NCBI GenBank assembly: GCA_044892525.1
Contig: CM097885.1
Span: forward strand, 51,896,001-51,960,000
DNA: 64,000 bases
Direction of reading: 5' to 3'
Source of the DNA: Schmidtea polychroa
Taxonomy: Eukaryota
Shown here: positions 33,209 through 47,323 of the stretch, piece by piece
Layout of the letters: each line of letters opens with the position of its first letter
Numbering within the stretch: the first letter of the stretch is position 1
Program-made: the position numbers and the translations under genes
The notes under the pieces: model-generated
The model's database searches: none
Told to the model about the DNA's origin: nothing
Seen by the model: only the letters and a program-made list of their open reading frames with translations

Positions 33209-34217
33209 CAACATAAAATAATATTAAAAATTTGAAAATAATATTGAAAATAGTGTGGGTATCTTATATTTATAAAGTACTTGTATATTTTATTTTATTT
33301 ATTTTATTTTATTTTATTTTTTTATTAATTAATTATTTTTTAAACATAAATATGAAAAAAAAAATATTGAAACGGGTGATGGTGGCGAACCGGTAATTAT
33401 CGCCACCTGTCTTTCGAACACCCCCGGATCGATTCTTTAATGTGCACATTTATTTCTCAGTTGTTTTCGGACCTCTTTCGAATTCGCTTTCGAATTCATT
33501 TGTACTTTCGAGCAGCACACTTAAAACGCCGATGAAATCGTATTCGAGCGAGAAGCGAATAATAAGGTGTGCTGCTATTATCGGATTGATTCTGATGTAT
33601 GAGTCTGGCCAGCTTGTATATTGGAAGAGATTCGAAAAACGAAAGAGGTTGATAAATAAAAAAAATGATCCGGATCAAAAAAAACTGTTGAGGGGACAGT
33701 GAAAAAAAAAAAAAATACCACTGTCCCCTCAGAGCAGTTTTACTATTTTTCATTTATTTTTTAATTTATATAATTTAAAATCAATAATCTGATAAAGATC
33801 AAATAGCCCTCTAACTTTTTCATAATGCCATTTTCTTTTCTATTCTCTTTTTAGTTTGAAGCTTTTGAGTTTGAGGCTTTAAAGATTAAAACAGTTAGAG
33901 TCATTAAGGGTGGTTGTTTTCAAAATATAGGGTTAAAATACTATAAAAGTATAAGTTTTAGGTTGTTTTTCTAATAGCTTAAGTGATTTGGAGGCATGTT
34001 TTTGTTGGGGGGCTGTTTTGGTTGGGTATATAGCCACACTACTAAGATTCTTACTACCTGAGAATAATATTGTTAATTTTATCAAAGTGTATGAAAAAGT
34101 ACTTATCTTTTCATTTTTATCCTACAATTGCTTACCACTTTAGAATAAGATTTTTTATCAAAACTGATTCAATAATAAATTTGATGAAGTTAATTGGTTT
34201 TATTATATATATATACT

Positions 34218-35544
34218 CTGAGTTTATCCGACAAGATGTTTTGACCCCCTATGGGTACTGGTCATAAGGGTACTACTCACATTCAACATGTCGCAAGGGT
34301 ACTGATCATAAAGGTACTGGTGTGTTTTAATGCTTTTATCTGAATGATTATTTAGGCAAATTTGTTGTTTAATGCATTCATTGATAATTTTTAGAGTTGA
34401 TGGTTTTAGTAAATATTCTAGTAAATTTCTATCATTTTTGTGAATTTCTATCATTTTTGTAAATTTCTATTATTTTTGTGGATTTCTATCATTTTTGTGA
34501 ATTTTTATCGTTTTTATGAATTTTTAACATTTTTGTGATTTTCATGTTGATTGAATGAATATATAAAAATTTAATGTTAATTTAATTAATTTCTTGATAA
34601 TTTGCTGTATTTTTATTGATTTGTTTTAAAATTAATTTATTCAGTCTAAATCAATTATCTGCTGGGTATTATTTCAAAATTTTTATTAATTTATTATCTT
34701 AGTTGATTCATATTAACTTGAATGATCAGTATTTTTTTATTTACTGGATGATTAATGACTAGAATTTAAAGTTCTTTCTTGTCCATTAATTAAATTTTTA
34801 TGATATTTATTTTGAATAATTTAAATTTTTACAATTATTTAATCAATTTTTACCAAGTTATTGATGCCTTGAGTCCAATTAATTTTTCATCCAATTTTTT
34901 CAAGTAAAAAGTATTTTCTTTTAAAGATCTATTTGTTAGTACATAGTTGTTGGTTGTAAGTACTTGGTTGTTAGTATTTGGTATCTGATTGATAGAGTTT
35001 AGTTGTAGATGATGAAAAGAAGATATTGTATGTGATGAAGAATATTTTGTATTTAATTGCTATTATTTTTATGTGTTGTTAGTTGATTGTTGGTACTTGG
35101 TATCTAGTTGATTGTATTTTGCTGATAGTGCTTGGTATTTTTTTGTAAGTACTTGGTATCTAGTTGTAGGTTGATATTTGTTAATTTCTCGATTGGTTTT
35201 GATGGTGGTTGTTAGTATCTAGTTAATGGGTGGGGGGGGGGGGGGGGTTGAGTGTTAGCAATACCCTTACGACCAGTATCCTTACGACTAATACCCTTAG
35301 GGGTGTTAGCAATACCCTTACGACCAGTATCCTTACGACTAATACCATTACGACCAGTACCCTTATGACTAATACCCTTAGGGGTGTTAGCAATACCCTT
35401 ACGACCAGTATCCTTACGACTAATACCATTACGACCAGTACCCTTATGACTAATACCCTTAGGGGTGTTAGCAATACCCTTACGACCAGTACCCTTATGA
35501 CTAATACCCTTAGGGGGTCAAAACATCCTGTCGGATAAACTCAG
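34218..35544. mobile_element. Non-autonomous TIR (foldback/MITE-like) DNA transposon with subterminal tandem repeats
   Basis: TIR CTGAGTTTATCCGACA(A/G)GATGTTTTGACCCCCT at both ends; ACT directly repeated on both flanks; 15-bp subrepeats in the arms. Confidence 0.85.
35251..35511 (+). repeat. Minisatellite of about 15-bp subunits with about 69-bp higher-order period
   Basis: GTGTTAGCAATACCCTTACGACCAGTATCCTTACGACTAATACC... repeated. Confidence 0.92.
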
Positions 35545-35998
35545 ACTATTTATAATAAAGCGAATCGACAATAACTATGTATTGAATGCCATTTTTACAT
35601 TGCAATAATAAGTCAGTAGTAATCAATTAAAAGTAGAATGTTTTGTAAATTATAATTCTAGTCTTTGTTTGTAATTTCATTTAAATTATTTTGAATACCG
35701 CGGGGTTTTTTAAAGTAATTGAGTTGACAATTATTTATTTTTGTTGAAAATGAAACATTTTTGTTAAATTTAAACATTTAGAAAAGGTTTTTCTACTGAT
35801 TGTAATTAAAATATATTTTTGTAGATAGATAAAAAATTAATTTAAAAAGCATTTCATAAAATACAATGAAGAAGATTTAGTTGGTTGTTAGTACTTGGTT
35901 GTTTTTACTTGGTTGATAGTACATGGTACTTGGTAGCTGGTTGTAAGTACTTGGTATCTAGTTGTAAATACCTGATAGTTGTTGGAATCTGATTGTTG

Positions 35999-35999
35999 A

Positions 36000-36061
<62 letters not shown>

Positions 36062-36097
36062 GTTTATAATTTTTATTATTATTATTATTTTTATCAA

Positions 36098-36170
<73 letters not shown>

Positions 36171-36210
36171 TTCATTACAATTATAATTTTTATTATTGTT
36201 ATTATTATTA
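35999..36210. repeat. (TTA)n microsatellite
   Basis: Read directly from sequence. Confidence 0.95.
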
Positions 36211-37190
36211 TTTTATCATTTTTATTATCATTGAAATTTGCATCTAAATTTGACTTTAAAAATATTTCATTAAAATTAACTTAAAAATTAACTTAAAAAA
36301 TTATTCCATAAAAATTATCTTAAAAAATTTTAATTCTCACACATCGACTATTATTCCAACTTTTTGTTAATAAATTTTTAAACTTTACTTAAATTTACTT
36401 ATTTAAAAATTATTACTTTAATTTACTTATTTAACTTTAATTTAAAATTTGAACCATTGATTACTTAATTTAAAATTTTTAACTTTAATTTACTTATCCT
36501 TAATTTACCTAATTATCATTTATTACTTAATTTTACACCATAATTTACTTAACAACTAAATATAACCCTTATTTTCATATTTATCCAATATTATCATGTG
36601 GTCATCTGGTCGTAAATATTTGGTATCTAGATGACAGTATCTTGTACTTGGTATCAGGTATCTGGTAGAAGTTTGTAAGTACTTAGTAGTTGATTGATAA
36701 TGCTTAGTACCTGGTTGTTGTCGGTTGTGAGTACTTGGTAGCTGGTACCTAGTTGCTGCTTGTTTTTGGTTGTTATTATTTGGTAGCTGGTTGTAAGTAC
36801 TTAGTAGCAGGTAACTGGTTGTCAGTATCTAGTTGTAGGTATCTGGTTGTAAATACGTGTAAGTTACTGGTTGTTGGTACTAAGTTGTTGGTATCTTGTA
36901 CTTGGTAGTTGGTATCTGATTGTTGGTTTGTTGATAACTTATTATTATTAAATATAATTATTAAAATTTGTCTTTTAAAAATATATCATTAAAATTTTCA
37001 ATAAAAATTATCTTAAAAAATTATTCCATAAAACTTTCCATTAAAAATTGACTTTGAAAAATATATCATTAAAATTTTCATTAAAAATTAACATTGAAAA
37101 AATTATTTCATAAAAATTTTCATTAAAAAATTTCAATTCTCAAACACCTACTATTATTCCAACTTTTTGTTAATAAATTTAAAAATCTTA

Positions 37191-37444
37191 CAGTGGCGGA
37201 ACTTCAAAATTTGGGCCCCCACGCAATGTAAAATATTTCCACTTAAATTTTTCGGTTAAAGTTTAATACATAGTTATTCACAGCAGCCGCTATTCAATGA
37301 TAGTTTTATGTTTGTAGGCAAATATAACTGCGGCAAAAAGTTTCAGAAAATGATTGTAAATATTTTTTTAGTAATAATTTTGGGCTCCCTATAACTGGTG
37401 GGCCCCCGCAACGCAGGGTCCTGCGTCCACTAGTTACGCCACTG
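37191..37444. mobile_element. hAT-type MITE (254 bp)
   Basis: CAGTGGCG...CGCCACTG termini; perfect 8-bp TSD AAATCTTA. Confidence 0.93.
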
Positions 37445-37804
37445 AAATCTTAATTTAATTTACTTATTACGTCACTTTAATTTACTTATTTAAAAATTAT
37501 TACTTTAATTTACTTATTTTACTTTAATTTAAAATTTTTGACCATTGATTACTTAATTTTAAAATTTGGGCCATAATTAACTTTAATTTAATTTTTTAGA
37601 ACCTTAATTTAGTTATTTGAGCCCATTCCTTACTTTAATTTAAAATTTTGAACCTTGATTCACTTTAATTAAAAATTTAAACCATTATTTACTTTAATTA
37701 AAAATTTGAACCTTAATTTACTTATTTGAACCCATTGATTACTTTAATTCAATTATTAGACCATTGATTAACTTTAATTTAAAAATTTGAGAATTTACTT
37801 GGAA

Positions 37805-38110
37805 AAATCCATGCTTTTTTAGTGTAGACTGCCTTTCTGTATTGAAAAAAAATTTTTGTATTGAAAATCCCAGGACCATGGAGACCCCCTCACTATAGTC
37901 TGAATAATCCATGCTTTTTTATTGAAGACAGCTTTTTTGTATTGAAAAAATTTTTTGTATTGAAAATCCTAGCAACATGGAGACCCCCTCACTATAGTCT
38001 GAATAATCCATGCTTTTTTATTGAAGACAGCTTTTTTGTATTGAAAATCCTAGCAACATGGAGACCCCCTCATTATAGTCTGAAAAAAATATTTTGTGCT
38101 GAAAATCCCA
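37805..38110 (+). repeat. Tandem repeat, about 80-100-bp units
   Basis: TTGAAAATCC...CATGGAGACCCCCTCA(C/T)TATAGTCTGAA occurs three times. Confidence 0.9.
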
Positions 38111-38193
38111 GAAAGCAAAAAAAAGTAATTTTCCGCAGACCCCCCACCGAGGGGTAATTGCGGCAGAGGTGCCCTAACTACCTATTGACCACG

Positions 38194-41100
38194 ATGGCCA
38201 ATTTTATCAAAGCACCGGAAAATTTCAAGATGGGAACCGATGTTGAAGATTTTCAAGGAAACTGAAAGATTTTTCGAAATTATGTCGATAGCTGAGGACT
38301 TCAAAGGTAGATTTGTCAAAGCTTTTTTATCCACAAATGCAATTAAGAAATATGATTTGTCAAAGCTTTTTTATCCACAAATGCAATTAAGAAATATGAG
38401 AAACAAAATTATATGGATAGACTGGGAGAAGCCTTCAAAAAACCAATGAATCTGATGGAAGATTCCGCTGATGATTTCTGTGAAAACATTGAGAAATTAT
38501 CAAAACGAATTCTGAAACATGAGTTAAATGAAGAAGAACTTCAGAGATTTAAAAAAAGATTTGAGATTAAATGAATATAAATTAGTGAACGAAATGAAAA
38601 AGAGAATTAAAAAACATGAAAAAGTAATTAAAGAATTAAATCGAAACAGTGACTCAATGGCAGTTGTGGCAACTGAAACGAGATACGCGGATTTGGTAAA
38701 AAAAAAGCTGTAAATATTCCAGCAAGACCAATATTACACAGATATAACGATATGCCTAGAAGAAATACGTTCAGTGTACCAAAACAGAATCGAGAATATC
38801 CCAAAAAACAATCTAATTTTAATAATCAAGAATTCCAAAGAAACAATAGGCCAAAGTTCAGATGTTGGGCATGTCATGAAGAAAGCCATAAAAGAGCAGA
38901 ATGTCCGAATGTGGAAAATTATCATTGTCACAGAGCAAAACATTTCAAACACCAGTGCTTTCAATTAAGAAACAATTTCAGAGATGTCAGAGAAAATGAA
39001 CAAGAAAACATACGAGGAAAATTCCAAGGAAATGGCAGAAATTTCTGAAACTGACAATATCAGAAACCAGTTGCGGCAATGAAAGAGGAAGAAGAAGAAC
39101 ATGAAAACCAATACCCAAATGGATATGCTCCACCAAGAGAGGAGGTGATCGGAGCACTGCAGTAAGTATGAATTATATGTTGAATACGGAATTGTATGAT
39201 GACTGTTTGTATGATGATTGTTTGCATGTATTAAATAATGAGAAATATGAATATTTAAGTAATAATGATAATTGTAAATGCGTCTCCAATGCAGATATTT
39301 ATAGTGATTGGTGTAACAAAGGATTGAGGTTAGATGATTTTGTATAGTATTTTTGTAATATTAATGATATAAATTATAATAATAATATAATTAAATATAA
39401 TAAATTAAATGGTAGAAAAAAAAAGTGTCACATTATTGATGAATGAGAACGAAGTATGCTGTTTATTAGATACAGGAGTAAAGATCAGTGTGATTGATGA
39501 AAGTGTATTAGAAAAGATAGGAAAGTTGAATTTGCAAAAATGTTTAATTGAGATGTGCAAATGAGTCACCGGTATCTATAGTAGAAAAAGTAAATATTGC
39601 AGTTCGAATAGTGAGAACGAAAGAGACGACAATAATTGAATTTATTGTGGCTAAAGAGAATTAAAAAGAGAAAGATAAAATTAAAAACATAATGTTAAAG
39701 ATGAAAGGCAGTTTATTAGATGACGATGTAAATATTACTGGAATAAAAAACGTAAAAGTATTTAGTAAATCTAACCAATGTAAAGATAGTAATGTTTGAG
39801 AGTTATGCAGAAAATTTGAGTCAATTTTTATGAAACACAAATTGGATGTGGGTAAGACAAATTTAATAACACATGAAATTTTAACATCAGGAAGACATAT
39901 TGTGATAAATCCAAGGCGACAGCCAGCCAATTTGATTGGAAAGATTGATGAAAATATAAAAGACATGGAAAAATTTCAAATCATTAAAGAATGTAAATTG
40001 CCATGGGACATTCCTTTACTGTGTTTAAAGAAAAAAAAAGAAAAAATGATGTACGAATTTGTATGGATTGTAGAGCACTAAACAATGTCACAGAACGACT
40101 AATATTTCCAATATCAAATACAAATGAATTATTAGATACGTTGGGAGGTGCAAAATATTTCAGCACAATTGATTTAAGAAATGTGTACTACCAAGTGGAA
40201 CTTAATGAAGAATCGAGACTGAAGACAGCATTGTGTACTAAAAACAAACAATATTGTTTAAACAGGATGTCATTTGTAATAGCAGCAGCTCGTGCAACCT
40301 TTCAAAAATTAATGAACTTTGTATTAGGTGAACTTCATTGACAAATAACGATAGTGTATTTAGACAATATCCTTACATTTTCAAAAGAATTAAAAGAATA
40401 CTACGAAAATATCGAAAAGGTTGCCAAGAAAATAGAACAAGAAGTACTAAAATTAGTCCGTCAAAATGTCAATTCTTAAAAGACGAAGTTCCTGGGACAT
40501 AAGATCAGCAAAGATGGAGTAAAAACAGAAGAAGGAAAAATTAAAGCAGTCAAAGAATTTGAAAGACTCAAATGTTTTAAGAAATTTAGAAGCTTTTTAG
40601 TGTTAACCAATTACAATAGAAAATTTATAAAGGATTATACAGAAGATTCAAAACATTTTGAAAAGTTGTTTTGAAGCAAAGAAAAGAAGTTGATTTGGAC
40701 AGAAGAATGTGAAAGTGCATTTACGAAACTGAAAGATAAGTTGATTAATGCACCAATATTAAAGTTTCCTGATTTTACAAAACTTTTATATTAGATTTGC
40801 CAACTTCGATCGCATTGGCTCTGTTTTGTCACAGACAGATAGTTCTGGAACAGATTACATGGATCACATGCTATGTCGAAACACGAGATGGGCATAACAA
40901 GAAAAGAACTTTTAGCAATATGTTATTTCACAAATCATTTTAAACATTACCTTTATGGGAAAAAATTTATACTACACACGGATCATCCAGCCATAACATA
41001 TACATGATGAAGACAAAGAAAGCTATCACTCCACAATTCCAGACATGGATAAATTATTTAAGTAGTTTGGAAATAGAATTTCAATTTAGGAAAGGATAAG

Positions 41101-42276
41101 AACATTGCAATGAAGATACATTGTCAAGAAGCGAATGTATGACTTGCACTTAATGCCAAACCATCTTACTTATTCTAGGGACAGGAAAACTCAAAATGAA
41201 ACTTTTGGCAATAATGACAGAAAACCCAGAACAAGAATGGCAAAGGAATTCAAAAGAAATTACAGAAATCATAAACAACACAAAACAAAAGGAGGGCAAC
41301 AAATTCATAAGAAAGAATGGAGTAATATTGACAGAAAACAATAAAATATGGATTCCGGATGATAAGAAGTGAATTCATTAAAAAGTATCATAAGAAACTT
41401 TGCCATACTGGACCAATGAAAATTGAGAAATATGTGTCAAATATTTTTTCAATGAGACATGAAACGAACGATTCAAGACGTATTTCAAAGTTGTGAAAAT
41501 TGTCAAAAGAGGAAAACTACAACGACACGAACGAGGGAGAAAATTTGCAAAATGCCAAAACCAGGTTTATTTGAAACAATATTTATAGATTTTTGTGGTC
41601 CACTAAAACAAAGTCAGTATGGAATAAGATATATAGTAGGAATTATCGATAGTTTTAGTAAATATGTGGCACTACACGTAGTGAAATCACAAGATGAAAA
41701 AACCGTTAAAACACTTTTAAGAAATAATTGGATTTTAAAATTTGGCACGCCAAGATTTCTAATTTGTGACAAGGGTAAAGGTTTTGAGAGCAAAGCTAAG
41801 GATAATTTAATGAAATGAGCTCAACAATAAAATTATATTTTCAAGCCCGAACCAAATGGCCTAATCGAAAAACAATTCAGAACAATTAAAGACGCCATTC
41901 ATATCATTCTAAAAGATAAAGATCACCAGAATTGGGTGGAGTTATTACCAGAAGTCGAGTTTATGCTAAATTCCACATTTCAGAAAATAATTAGACAAAC
42001 TCCATGTGAGATAGTGTTTGGAAAAAGAATATATAAAGAATAGTCTACAAATATGTTGGTTGGAATATCAGTTTGGACGAAATAACAGAAAGAAAATTCA
42101 AAGTAGAAGACATAGTGCTAGTAAAAAGAAATGATAACACCAAAGGTCAATGATAGGTATATTGAACCTGCCGAAGTGATAAAACAAATACACGAGAGAA
42201 GTTATGAAGTAAAATTTGAGAATGGAAAAAGGCTTATAAGAAACACAGAGTGGCTAAAGCCCTTAAATAAGGGTGA
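38194..42276 (+). mobile_element. Degenerate Ty3/Gypsy LTR retrotransposon (gag-pro-RT-RNaseH-IN)
   Basis: gag start MANFIKAPENF; CCHC knuckles; LLDTG protease; RT GAKYFSTIDL...YLDNIL; integrase CENC and IDFCGP; polypurine tract AAATAAGGGTGA followed by TG at 42277. Many stops and frameshifts. Confidence 0.95.
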
Positions 42277-45200
42277 TGTGAAATTAATTAAATAGAATTA
42301 TTATTTAATTTCTAGTTTTAAATATATTTAAATAATATAATAAAAGTAGAATATAAAATTATAAATTAAAATAATAAGTTAAATATGAATATCGAAATTA
42401 ATAATTGGTTTGACGGTAAATTAAATATATTTAAGAATGATTGAAAATTAAAATATAAAATATTCATTGAATGCTTGTATAAGAATATTCCCTATTCCAT
42501 TATTAACCCATGCATGCGAAAATATTCTCAAAACTAAAATCAGAGATTGTTTAAATTAGAGAGATTTTGTGTTGTGTTTAAAAAATAAAGTTTTGTTTTG
42601 TTTGGAAATATTATGGATGTTATTGATTCAAGAAATCAAACATCTAATAATTATCATAAAATATGAAATGAAATATAATGAGAAATTCTTGTACATTGAT
42701 ATTTTGATACAACCGGTATTTTGACCGGTCGGTAGTTCTACTGTTAAATACAATGAAAAAAAAATAAAAATTTTAAAAAACAATCTTTAATCTACAATAA
42801 TGCAAGAACTTTTAAATAATTTGTCTATCATCTCTATAAAACATGAAGTAGTCAATAGAAATTAAATTATGAAAAGTTTTTCAAAAGCAAAATCACGCAG
42901 AGTACATCTGTAAATTAAAATTACGTACACCAATACCTCACTTTGCGTTGATTCGGTTTTTGTTGCTTCAGTTTGCGTATCATATGATTTTGACACTCAG
43001 TTTTCAGTTAACATTGTAGGATCATAAGAATAATTGAAGTATTTTAAATATATTCATTAACTAATACAATATAGTTTTGAATGTTTGAATGGTGATTGTT
43101 GGAATCTTTGGAATCTGAATTAAGATCTTCGTTTCGTATTTGTTCCATTTCTGCAACTCAGATTGACAAAAGCAAACAAGCGCCCATATTGATCAAAAAC
43201 AATGGTTTGGTCTTTCTTCTTTAAACTTCAAATGCAAAGTGATATTTTCAATATGTGAACTTAGACACAGATGACACAGAAATAGACGAAGAACAAAGAG
43301 ATTGATGTTGGTGATATACATTGAATGTTGAGGTGAAACGGTACGATATTCCACAAATTGTTATGATTCCAGAGTTTTTAATACATTTTTTGTTAGTTTT
43401 GAAATAAATGGTGGCAGATATATTCTCAAAACTAAAATCAGAGATTGTTTAAATAAGAGAGATTTTGTGTTGTGTTTAAAAAATAATATTTAATCAACGT
43501 AATTTCCGTTTATGTCATCAATAATGCATATGTAATTTTAATTTCAATAATTAAAAAATCTTAATAAAATTAAATGTACATGTTTCAGGCACTACATATT
43601 TTTAAATTGTTTTATATTGTGTTGCGTTTTTATTTGTAATTTTGCTTTATTTTATATTTCTTAGTAATTATTATAAATTATCGAAAAATTAATATTGTAT
43701 TTCTATATTTGTTATTAATAAAAAATATTTTTACATTCATTTTTTTTAATTTCCACAGACGGCGCTATTCAAATATAAAGAAAGGGATAGTGATTATCGT
43801 AGTATAGTAAAACAAGGAGTTTGGAATTATTCGACAATTAAGAATACATATATAGCTACCTTTTTATTATTTAAATAATAAATAATAGTATTATATTATT
43901 TATTTTAATAGGTTAAAATATTTATTTGACAATTATTTTATATTTTGGTTTCACCTTTGATCTTTTTTAATTTAATAATTTTCATATTTGTATGACTATA
44001 GATCAAAACAACAAATGTCGCGTACCTTATTTATTGTTTTAATATATAGTCTTACAAATGTCAATTTGAAAATTATTGAATTATTTTATATATTATTTAA
44101 ATTCTTTTTATATGTATTTTACATAAATTCCTTCAATAATGTTACTTTATTGTTATTATCATGTTATTTTAAAAATGAGTTTATAATTAGGATACAAAAT
44201 AACACTTTCTTAGGTTACGTTAATCCCCGAATGGGCAAATGGTTAATTAGTGTAATCTCATTTTAGTAAAAATATTAATTAAAAACGCCTTGAAATCAAA
44301 TATTGAGAAAGGAAGATTGGTAACCTCGGAATCATATTTTTATGCAACATATTTTAATTTATAAAATTTGCAATTTGTTATAATTAAGGAATGTTTGTAC
44401 AAAATTCCTTAATTAAAATGATTTAAGTAATATAATAAAAATTAAAGACTTAAAAACGTTAGATAAACTATATTATACAGCAAGAGTTATAATAGTCTGG
44501 AACCGTGACAAGTGTTAAAAATTCTATTCAAGTTTCAAAGAATTTCTAAAATATCAATTCTACCAAAAGTAAGAAATGAGGGTCAATTGAACTGCTCATA
44601 TTGCTTGATAAGGTCACTTAAAATTGTATTATGTTGAGATATTTTTGATACAAAATAGAAAATAATTTCTGATTTTTCATTTAACAAATGGTTTTAATGT
44701 TATTTTTTAGCAAAACTAATTAGAAATTTTATATTGTAATTTATTTTTATGTATACACCATTTTCTATTTTTTTAATTTTTCTATATTTTTTAATATCTC
44801 ATTTTATACAGGCTTCGTAATGGTTTTTCAATATTTATCATCTTTGTTTTAAAGACATTATAACAAACTTTGTCACACATTCAATCTTCAAAGAATATTT
44901 ACTTTTGATTAAAAATAGTATAAAATATCAAAAATTAATTTGACATCTTTATATGTAAAATTTTGAACCCAATTCTATTTAAAAAAAGGAAATAATCCAA
45001 AAAACTGTACGTCTTTAGATTAACTGATCATAATTACATTTGTAAATTCGTTTTCATTCACGTACATCTGAGAAGTCTATTTTTGCTAACCTAATACATT
45101 TTTTGTATTCATCTATTGGTTTCACCTTTGATCTTTTTTTTTAATTCAATAATTTTCATATGAATATCTCTAAGACTTTAGATCAAATTCATATCTGAGA

Positions 45201-47323
45201 TGCACGATATTGTTTTGATCTACAAATATTAATATGAAAATTATTGAATTAATACATTTTTCTTTAGTGAGGCTCGCAATTTTACTGACAAATTAATATT
45301 TTCAGGTCGTGGCAAATTTGTTTTCCTACTAAAATAATAATTGTCATCAACAATAGCTATTTAATTATATTCGTGTCAGTGACGCCTTATAATATTTGGA
45401 GTTCCTATGCTAAGTGTTAGGTTTTTAATAGAAAGTCGGCTATCTCTCTGACTCTTCGTGTTCTTGTTCAGCCAAATAACTCAAACCCAACACAGAATAC
45501 TTTTTATTAAATCTTTATCACAATTAGAATTTGTCACTATTTGCCCCTTTCTTTCTGGATACTTTTCACTTGATAAGGTAGAAAACCCAAAGGGTAATCA
45601 CCTTTTCTGGTTCGAGTCTCAATATATTTCTCCTTCAAATTATTGATCGCCGGATTATGCTTCTTTGTTTTCTTTTTCTCTCTTCGACCAAATGGCGGCT
45701 TGCTCACTTCTGAGCTCTCTTTTTATACTTTTCATAAGAGGTCAATTATCTAGAAAATTGATCCAAATTATTTCCCCGGGACCCAAAATCAATATTTGAG
45801 GGTTTTTAGATTACTTTAATTTGTTTACCCTTGATTAGGGCTCAAAATATTCCTTCTTTTATCTTGTTGCTTGGGTCTCACTGCGCATCGGGTTTTCAAT
45901 GGCGCTCGGGTTTCCCATGGGCTTGCGCTTCCCATTGGCTCGGGTTTTCTATTACCGATTAATTAATTTTAATTAATTTGTTTTTTCGCTTTAACTTTCC
46001 CTGTGAACACCTTATTAAATTTTTATTATAATTTCTGAATTCGTCTATCAATTTGACGTTCAACCATACCTGATACCCCCGTTTAATATTGATTTTTGAT
46101 TTTTAGTAAATTTTAATTAATTTTCCACTTTTATTGATTTTAACATTTTTTTGTTATGCTTTCCTTTTATATATAATTTTTTTGGTTTTTGCGCTTACCT
46201 TAACAGAAGTATATGACATCTTAAAAAATGTTTGCAGATTTTTTATTTATAAAAATAAAAAATAAACTCAGTTTAAAAATTAAAAATCATATTTGCAAAA
46301 GTAAAAACTTTATTCTTTTTAAAAGATAAAGTTAATTCAAGAAAAAAAATAAGGAAAAAAAAGTAAAAAATAAATTGAAATTTTTGATTTTTTAGGATTC
46401 TTTTATACATTGTAAAGACGCCCTCCATTCACTCAATGGCTAAGATGGCTTTGATTCGTGCTAAACCTTAAGTTTACAACTCGCAAACACTTCCAACATC
46501 CGCAAAAAATATTGATTTTTCAATGTCACAAATTTCAATTAATTTGCACTTAAATGTGTTTTTGTGTATTTACATTTTTATTTGCAATCATTATCACTAC
46601 CCCAAAAAACATTATTGTGGAATTTTTAATAAAATTTTAGCTTATAATAAAATATTTTCAAATTTCAGTATATACGGAAGAAATTGATATACTTAGTCGA
46701 TGTTTTTCAGACTGTACATTAACCTAACAGTAGGTTGTTTTCACATTGAATTATCGACAAGATTTCTAATCGGGATCAGATTAGTTATATGTTTTTTTAT
46801 TTTTTTGAAAATTCATGTACAATTATACAAATAACTTTCTCTTGTCCAATGATTTTAAACATTTGAAATATTGAAAAAGAAACTGGAAATCTTTGTTAAA
46901 AACTATAAATGAGAAAAATATAATAAATATAAATTATTTAACTGGTTTAGTAAAAATAAATTTAAGTAATATTGTTGTTTATCTGAAGTTAAAACATCAT
47001 ATTTTCTTTTAAATTTTTCTCGAAATTTCAATTCTTGAAACTGTCTTAAAGAATAATTGAAATATTTATATTTGTATGCATTAAAATATTAAAAACAAAA
47101 ATATTACTTAGCTTTTTTAAATGAATTTAAAACATGTGTTGTTTAAATGTTTTATTCGTATTTTTATTTCGTAGCTTGAATTTGACGATAAATTATATTT
47201 CATTAATATTTCAAATATTTAATATTTTGATATTTTATTTTCTTTTAAAAATTATTACTAATTTTGTCGCTTATGCTACATAAATGTATAAATAAAATGT
47301 AAGTTTAAACAATAAATATAACA

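Larger units (their letters stand above)
18970..34043. mobile_element. Complete Polinton/Maverick (adintovirus-like endogenous virus) element C, 15,074 bp
   Basis: AGTAGT...ACTACT termini; about 1.17-kb near-identical TIRs; 6-bp TSD AAGATT at 18964-18969 and 34044-34049; full pPolB, integrase, ATPase, protease, MCP and penton gene set. Confidence 0.98.
32883..34043 (-). repeat. Right terminal inverted repeat of element C
   Basis: Reverse complement of 18970 to about 20143. Confidence 0.96.

Noticed and set aside
33590..33650. Hammerhead ribozyme in the TIR (CTGATG...stem...GAAA)
   Set aside because: Core reads CUGAUGU, not CUGANGA adjacent to stem II, and the GAAA is GAUA in the other TIR copy.
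35251..35511. CRISPR-like regularly spaced repeats
   Set aside because: No unique spacers; it is a minisatellite in the arm of a eukaryotic TIR element, with no cas genes.
45374..46009. Solo LTR on the minus strand
   Set aside because: TG...CA ends and a TATA-like motif are suggestive, but no TSD or partner LTR is visible in the window.
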